DNA from: Eledone cirrhosa
Lineage: Eukaryota
Assembly: GCA_964016885.1 (NCBI GenBank)
Contig: OZ024743.1
Span: 216,752,001 to 216,816,000, forward strand
Length of the DNA: 64,000 nucleotides
Reading direction: 5' to 3'
Under the pieces are notes generated by a model. It saw only the letters and a program-made list of their open reading frames with translations, searched no databases and had not been told where the DNA came from. Made by a program: the position numbers and the translations under genes. Positions 57,854-64,000 of the stretch are shown in pieces (positions within the stretch are counted from its first letter, which is position 1; each line of letters opens with the position of its first letter).

Positions 57854-57966
57854 GGAATAATAGGCAAGCAAATAGATAAACTGACAGAGATCTTTTTTTT
57901 TATAACCGGAAGTAATTACATCGAGGGAGAGGCCATTAACCATTTCACAACACACAAAGGCTATTG

Positions 57967-58166
57967 NNNNNNNNNNNNNNNNNNNNNNNNNNNNNNNNNN
58001 NNNNNNNNNNNNNNNNNNNNNNNNNNNNNNNNNNNNNNNNNNNNNNNNNNNNNNNNNNNNNNNNNNNNNNNNNNNNNNNNNNNNNNNNNNNNNNNNNNNN
58101 NNNNNNNNNNNNNNNNNNNNNNNNNNNNNNNNNNNNNNNNNNNNNNNNNNNNNNNNNNNNNNNNNN
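57967..58166. other. Assembly gap (200 N)
   Basis: Run of N. Confidence 1.
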
Positions 58167-59153
58167 ATGGAACTGGCCCAGTCCCAGATTGATTTCAATC
58201 TGGAGTGGAGGAAGATGCGGAATAGTATTCTGAAGACATAACCCTAGAGTTATCACAGTACACTAAGCATTGACCAGCGGCTTGTTATGAATGAGAGACG
58301 GGTAAGTTTAAGAAGGAGTAAGGCTAAGTCCCGGGAGCTATCTATGACTGGGAAGCTTTCAAAGAAGTTGATGAGTTAGAGGCGAATTAAAGCTTTAATG
58401 CTCTATGTGGTGAGACAGAGGACAGAGAGAATGTAGGGAGAGTTTGACGTGGGGTTACGGGTAATTCACCACTGCAGTGACCTGTAGAGGCCCTGGTGCC
58501 GAAGAGAGAGAGAGAGGAAGAGGAGGATAAGCAAATCTGCAGAAGCAAAAATCTTTAGTGAGGGATGTATTTCTTCGGATGCAATAATTGAACGATGATC
58601 AGTGACATATCTTAATTTATTACTACTGAAGAGATACATCTCTTACAAGGTTTAATTTATATCATCTTCCTCATCGTTAACTGACTACAATTCGTTTCAT
58701 AACGAGTTCAGTGTCATTCTTCTTGATTCTCTGTATTTTCGGTAAATACTTCATTGCCTCAGTGTTTGCCTTGTGGGAATGGTGCTAGAAATGTTTCTCT
58801 CCCTCTTCATCAACTAGAAACATATCATTTCTTCGACTAATGGGTGCAGTTGAAGCACAGTTTGATAGTTATGGATATAGTGTATTTTGCAATACACTGT
58901 ATGCTTAATTAAAAGCATTTCGAAGACCTTACGCTATTGTTTTAGACTAGTGACAGTCTCACTTACTTTAAATTTTCGAAATGCTTTTAATTAAGCATAC
59001 AGTGTATTGCAAACTACACTATATATACATTCATATATATATCGCTATTTCAGTGCACCAATTCTAATTTTCAATGTCTGCTTGACCGGCAACCGCTCTG
59101 TATAATCAGTTCCTGATTATTACTAGAATTCTATAAGAATCAAACATTCATGA

Positions 59154-59246
59154 TTTTCAGCAAACAGGTGGAGTACTTGGCTTTGATAAGTACCAATCAG
59201 TACGAAACAGAGCTCTGTCAACTTTATCTTCCCTGTTTGCTGAAAA
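59154..59246 (+). ncRNA. Type I hammerhead, U3-A8 variant, long stem I
   Basis: TTTTCAGCAAACAGG-T-GGAG-tactt-GGCT-TTGATAA-GTAC-caatca-GTAC-GAAACAG-agct-CTGTC/...CCTGTTTGCTGAAAA; predicted cleavage after 59219. Confidence 0.85.
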
Positions 59247-59477
59247 TTTAAAGTGAGTGAGACTGTCACTACTCTAAAACAATAGCGTAAGGTCTTCGAA
59301 ATGCTTTTAATTAAGCATACAGTGTATTGAAAAATACACTATATATACATTCATATATATATATATCGCTATTTCAGAGCACCAATTCTTATTTTCAATT
59401 TCTGCTTGACCGGCAACCGCTCTGTATAATCAGTTCCTGATTATTACTAGAATCCTATAAGAATCAAACATTCATGA

Positions 59478-59570
59478 TTTTCAGCAAATAGGTGGAGTAC
59501 TTAGCTTTGATAAGTACCAACAAGTACGAAACAGAGCTCTGTCAGCTTTATCTCCCCTGTTTGCTGAAAA
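59478..59570 (+). ncRNA. Type I hammerhead, U3-A8 variant (second unit)
   Basis: AGCT/AGCT proximal stem I, internal loop, GGAG/CTCC and a long distal stem; predicted cleavage after 59543. Confidence 0.85.
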
Positions 59571-59673
59571 TTGAAAGTAAGTGAGACTGTCACTACTCTA
59601 AAACAATAGCGTAAGGTCTTCGAAATGCTTTTGATTAAACATACAGTGTATTGCAAAATACACTATATATACA

Positions 59674-61680
<2,007 letters not shown>

Positions 61681-61684
61681 ATAT

Positions 61685-62305
61685 ATGTAGGGCGACGATG
61701 TTGCCAAGCACTGTACGGCGTAATTCGGGCTGTTTGTTTACAAACAAACCGAATATTATAATAAATGTTCGGTAAACCCATACATACGTATATATATGTG
61801 TGCATGTATGTATATATATACATACTATTGTACGTCTGTACACATATATGTGTGTACGCATACATACTTATATTTAGCTCTCAGCCGTACCAAGAGAGAG
61901 AAATGAAATTTCGTTTCATTCTTTTCCATTTATCGTTTTCGGTACGCCCGGCCGACTAACTCACTCGATATACAAATTAGGCTGCTCAGTCGTTAATATG
62001 CATAAAGAAAGTATATACTTTCAAACGTTCAATCATCTGACAGAAAGGTATACGATGCTGACGGTAGCTAATAAGCTTGAAATTAGTACATCGTTCCTAT
62101 GTCAGTGTTGAACAAAAGGGCGACGATGGTTGCTGAGCACTGTACGGCGTAATTCGGGCTGTTTGTTTACAAACAAACCTAACAAAATAATAAATGTTCG
62201 TAAACCCATACGTACGTATATATATGTGTGCATGTATTTATATATATACATACTACTGTACGTCTGAACACATATATGTATGTACGTATACATACTTATA
62301 TATAT
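61685..62305 (+). mobile_element. Diverged relative of the 420-bp retrozyme-like repeat (~1.5 units)
   Basis: TGTTTGTTTACAAACA, CCCGGCCGA and the HHR at 62053-62093 (CGATG-CTGACGG-TAGC-TAATAA-GCTT-GAAATTAGTA/CATCG) match the 18.4-19.4 kb unit. Confidence 0.8.
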
Positions 62306-63852
62306 TTTGTCGACCTTGAGAAAGCCTTTGACAGAGTTCAACGTGCTGTAATCTGGTGGGCTCTTAGAAAACTAGGAGTAGATGAATGGCTTGTGAAAGC
62401 GGTACAAGCCATGTATAGGGGAGCAGTCAGCAAAGTTAGGATTAGCAATGAGTATAGCGAGGAATTTAGCGTATAGGTTGGGGTCCACCAGGGCTCTGTT
62501 CTTAGCCCCCTCCTGTTCATCATAGTCCTGCAGGTAATAACGGAGGAGTTAAAGACCAGATGCCCATGGGAACTCCTGTATGCTGATGACCTCGCACTCA
62601 TAGCTGAATCTATGGTAGAACTAGAGAATAAATTCCAAACTTGGAAGCAGGGACTAGAAAGTAAGGGTCTCAAAGTCAACATGACAAAGACTAAGGTCCT
62701 TGTAAGTAGACGAGAAAACAGAACCCAGATCCCCCCAGGGAAATGGCCTTGCTCAGTATGTAGGAAAGGTGTAGGTAGGAACTCCATTCTCTGCCCCAAA
62801 TGCAAACAATGTGTACACAAGAGATGTAGCGGGATCTCAGGAAGCTTAACTAAGAATGTAGGCTTCACATGCAGAAGCTGTGCTGGGACAGCAAGCAGCA
62901 AACAGCCACAGGAAACAAGTACCACCAATCTCTAGGAGGGCTCTGTAGAAACAGTAGACAGCTTCTGCTACCTAGGTGATCGAATTAGCAGCGGAGGTGG
63001 GTGTTCAGAAAGTACAATAACTAGGGTAAGAACGGGATGGAAGAAGTTTAGGGAACTACTACCACTGCTAGCTGCAAAAGGCTTCTCCCTCAGAATGAAA
63101 GGCAGACTGTATGATGCGTGTATCCGAACAGCAATGTTGCATGGTAGTGAGACCTGGGCGCTGAAGGTGGAAGACTTACGTAGATTAGAGAGAAACGAAG
63201 CCTGCGTGCTCCGATGGATGTGTAACAGTAATATACGTGAACGACAAAGCATAAATGAATTGAGAGAGAGACTGAGCATAAGAGGAATCAAATGCTGTGT
63301 GCAGGAGAGGAGGATGCGCGGGCATGGACATGTGATGCGTATGAAGGATGACAGCTGCATAAAAAGGTGCAGAGCACTAGAAGTTGATGGAAACCGCGGA
63401 GTGGGGAGACCCAAGATGACCTGGGATGAGATGATAACAGCCGACCTTACCCAATTACACCTCTCAAAGGCAATGACACACGACCGTGACCACTGGCGTC
63501 ACGCAGTAATACAGAGTACCCGACCTCCCATGGGTACAAGCTGAAGCATATAGACAATATGCCCCCAAACCCCCCACCGCAAGGTGGTCGTGGAGGTGCC
63601 ACGGCAAAAAAAGCACCCAGCCCACACTATAAAGTGGACGTGTAGGCGCCACGAAAAAGCACCCAGCACTCACTGTAAATGAGGTTGGTGTTAGGAAGGG
63701 CATCCAGCTGTAGAAATCAAGCCAAATCAGTTCCTGTATGAGCAAGGCATTGTCAGCCGACCAGACACTGCCCACAACAGGACAACCCGTCTAACCCATG
63801 CTAGCGTGGAAGAACGGACGTAAAACGGTGATGATGATGATGATGATGATGA
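62305..63852 (+). mobile_element. 5'-truncated RTE-clade LINE with (GAT)n tail
   Basis: FVDLEKAFDRV, GVHQGSVLSPLLF, YADD, KVNMTKTKV, YLGD, MLHGSETWAL, GHVMR, GRPK; 3' UTR ends in GATGATGAT; in-frame stops at ~62474 and ~62933. Confidence 0.9.
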
Positions 63853-64000
63853 TATATATATATATAAGCACAGTTATTTGTATGCACTTTACATCGTAAT
63901 TATTTTACATTGTTTAAATTACTATATCTATATATATTATGAAAGGTCATATTTTATTTTTAATCTGGTCTAGACCAGTCTTAAGATTATATTTTTTATA

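Noticed and set aside
58167-58520. Possible minus-strand LINE 3' fragment (GHCSGEL-like motif)
   Set aside because: Too degenerate to classify and truncated by the gap.

Overview
AT-rich animal genomic DNA, inferred to be cephalopod/octopus-like from the dense (TA)n/(CA)n tracts and the SINE and LINE repertoire. I cannot support any host protein-coding gene; nearly all long 'YIYI/CVCV' ORFs are microsatellite artefacts. Mobile elements present are a decayed CR1/L2-group LINE (~0.17-3.25 kb), a near full-length frameshifted Tx1/L1-clade LINE (~26.9-32.5 kb) plus a fragment, an internally deleted mariner, a 5'-truncated RTE, and many tRNA-derived SINEs. There is also a ~16 kb compound Penelope-like element (PLE) locus (39.56-55.90 kb) with one intact RT + GIY-YIG ORF (Naiad-like) and five pseudo-LTR copies in tandem and inverted orientation. 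The main hidden layer, found by manual motif reading, is about 16 near-complete type I hammerhead ribozyme (HHR) motifs plus several relics from many unrelated families, almost all in elements sitting in or beside (TA)n tracts. They include two retrozyme-like tandem arrays (~420 and 324 nt units), terminally redundant single monomers, HHR-derived foldback elements, several U3-A8 core variants, and an HHR with a ~116-nt stem II. A covarying ACTC-[helix]-TT-GAGT bulged hairpin recurs mostly ~60-80 nt downstream of the cleavage site in at least five divergent families. All RNA structures were paired by eye and none was computed or tested.
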